DNA of 64,000 nucleotides from Callorhinchus milii. Taxonomy: Eukaryota. The stretch lies in the NCBI RefSeq assembly GCF_018977255.1, contig NW_024704742.1, forward strand, positions 36,148,001 to 36,212,000, read 5' to 3'. The position numbers and the translations under genes are program-made. This document shows, one piece after another, positions 62,270-64,000 of this stretch (its first letter is position 1; each line of letters begins with the position of its first letter). The notes under the pieces are model-generated. The model had not been told where the DNA came from. It saw nothing but the letters and a program-made list of their open reading frames with translations, and did no database searches.

Positions 62270-62545
62270 CGATCAACCGGTTGTCTGACACATGTAGAAA
62301 TTACACTATGGTTATGAGTATCCAAAGCAGACTGAGAATTCCATATACGTATGCCCCTTCCACATAGAAATTTCCCTGAGTCTAGAATAGAATGTGCACT
62401 CTCTCCCTGGAGGCATACGTCCTGCTTTACCTAATTCCAGGTTGTCAAGAGCCAAAGCTTGGGGACCCCAAAATGGGAGTTTGGGGATAGTTGAAGTTTA
62501 ACCAACTAGAACTGCTTAGCTTGATTTTGAGAGCCAGGCTGGCTA
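62270..62545 (+). repeat. Family X constant module, copy 6
   Basis: TGTCTGACACATG..GAGTATCCAAA..ACTGAGAATTCCAT..CACTCTCTCCCTGGAGG..AAGAGCCAAAGCTTGGGG. Confidence 0.85.
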
Positions 62546-63084
62546 TACTAAATCAAGGATTATTATTATGTTTTAACTTTAAGGCCAGAAGAGTACTTGT
62601 GCTGCCACACACAGGACAGTCACTATACTGTGCCAGACACTACTCCACCTCCACTGAAGCAACTAACCACAATAATTCTTTTTCACAGTACTTGTGAATT
62701 GACCATAAAAGGCTTTGAACGCACTGAAAGTCTTAATCTTTACCATGGCAATTCCTCACTGTCATAATACATTTATACAACGCATAGATGGAATCACACA
62801 TAAAACTATCAAAATTGTCTACTCTTTGAATATACATTGCAATGACAGACTCATAAATATTGGTGTAGACAGTTTTACAATATAAAGGTAACTAATCGGC
62901 CAAGGCATATAGATCATTTGTTCAAGATCCCAGGTGAAAACTAAAATTCCTAGTAAATCAATAAGCATGAAGAGGTTTTCAATTTCATGTTTGACATTTG
63001 TAGACAAAATCTACCCCCCAAAAAAATTAGAAATACATTTCATCAATGATTTCTCTGAATGTATTGTTCATCCCCACAATGCAG

Positions 63085-63204
63085 GTTTGTGTTTCGTCTA
63101 CAAAATACAGTCAATCCACTTTACAATATATTCTGTGAGCACTTTGAGATGTCTCAACGATGTGAGAAGGCGCTACATCAAATGCAAGGATTATTATTAT
63201 TATT
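63085..63204 (+). mobile_element. SINE subfamily B tail
   Basis: ATACAGTCAATCCACTTTAC..GAGATGTCTCAACGATG..ATCAAATGCAAGGA(TTA)n. Confidence 0.85.
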
Positions 63205-63628
63205 TAATTCATCCAAACTTTGAACGAATGAACCTCGGAGGAGCCACTTCTGTGTTCGTAGTACACTTCCCAGTAACATATGGCTGTTGAAAAACAAACA
63301 TCAGGAAAACAGCAGTGTAAATAGTGCGTTGTACCAAAAAAAGTGCCTTTTGAGACATTACGTGCATCTTCTCCAGGTAAACTCATGTAGCTCTGAAAAC
63401 GTAGCTCTACGATCTCAGGTTGGAGCTGTGTTCACATGAATCATTGTGACGTCCATCCCTTTACATCCCATTGCACCATTTCCATTGCTGTTTTCCTGAT
63501 GATTGTTTATTATAGCCCCCCCCCCCCCCCCCACACAAGTGCTGACCGTTGTGTATGGCTTTTTTCTTTGCATATTATTCAATATGTAGGGAGCACAGAA
63601 GAATGGATACCAGTACATCTTTCTTGCA

Positions 63629-63759
63629 CTTTGACCTTGGGTATATTAAGTTCATTTTGACCCTGGGTACATTACGCTTGCTTTGACCCTGGGCACAATA
63701 CGCTTGCGTTGCCCCAGAGTATGTCACACTCACTTTGACTTCCGGATTCTAACATTCTG
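63629..63759. repeat. 26-bp minisatellite, 4-5 degenerate units
   Basis: Unit TTTGACCCTGGGTACATTACGCTTGC. Confidence 0.75.
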
Positions 63760-64000
63760 TTTGGTGTTGATTTCATTTTTTCTTTGTTGTCCATGCATGA
63801 TTCAGCCTCCATTTAAAAATGCTGAGGACAGTATCTTCTGCACTCCTCCCTGCAGTTCTGTCAATTAAAAACTGGCACGGGCTTAAAGCTTGCTAATCAA
63901 ATGATCATGTTGGCAAAACACGTCACTATATTCTCTTGTATTTAGTGGCTTGCATTTTCATTGATTCAATGGCGGCAACTCGCACAAGCACAACTCGCTG

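Noticed and set aside
1..64000. CRISPR array, operons or other prokaryotic systems
   Set aside because: No repeat-spacer arrays or dense ORFs; the sequence is vertebrate-type repeat-rich DNA.

Overview
Eukaryotic, AT-rich, repeat-dense non-coding DNA (large intron or intergenic region). The repeat inventory points to a cartilaginous fish, probably a chimaera such as the elephant shark; this is an inference. I recognise no host protein-coding gene, true tRNA/rRNA gene or CRISPR array, and the recognisable ORFs in the track are retroelement remnants. Contents: (1) young tRNA-Ala-derived SINEs in two subfamilies, older Deu-domain SINEs and a second old tRNA-SINE; (2) many 5'-truncated L2 and CR1 LINE pieces; (3) Penelope-like element (PLE) pieces carrying minimal hammerhead ribozymes, one with a GIY-YIG endonuclease remnant; (4) a Tigger-like element and several fold-back MITEs. 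The main unexplained structure is a repeat family I cannot name ('family X'). It has a constant ~270-380 bp module present six times. In two copies the module is joined, at a recurring ~20-bp site, to different but paralogous decayed coding-like cassettes, and at 40.9-42.8 kb the cassettes and sites lie in both orientations. Several retro-insertions also carry locally templated filler DNA at their 5' junctions. All alignments were done by eye, so boundaries of old repeats are approximate.
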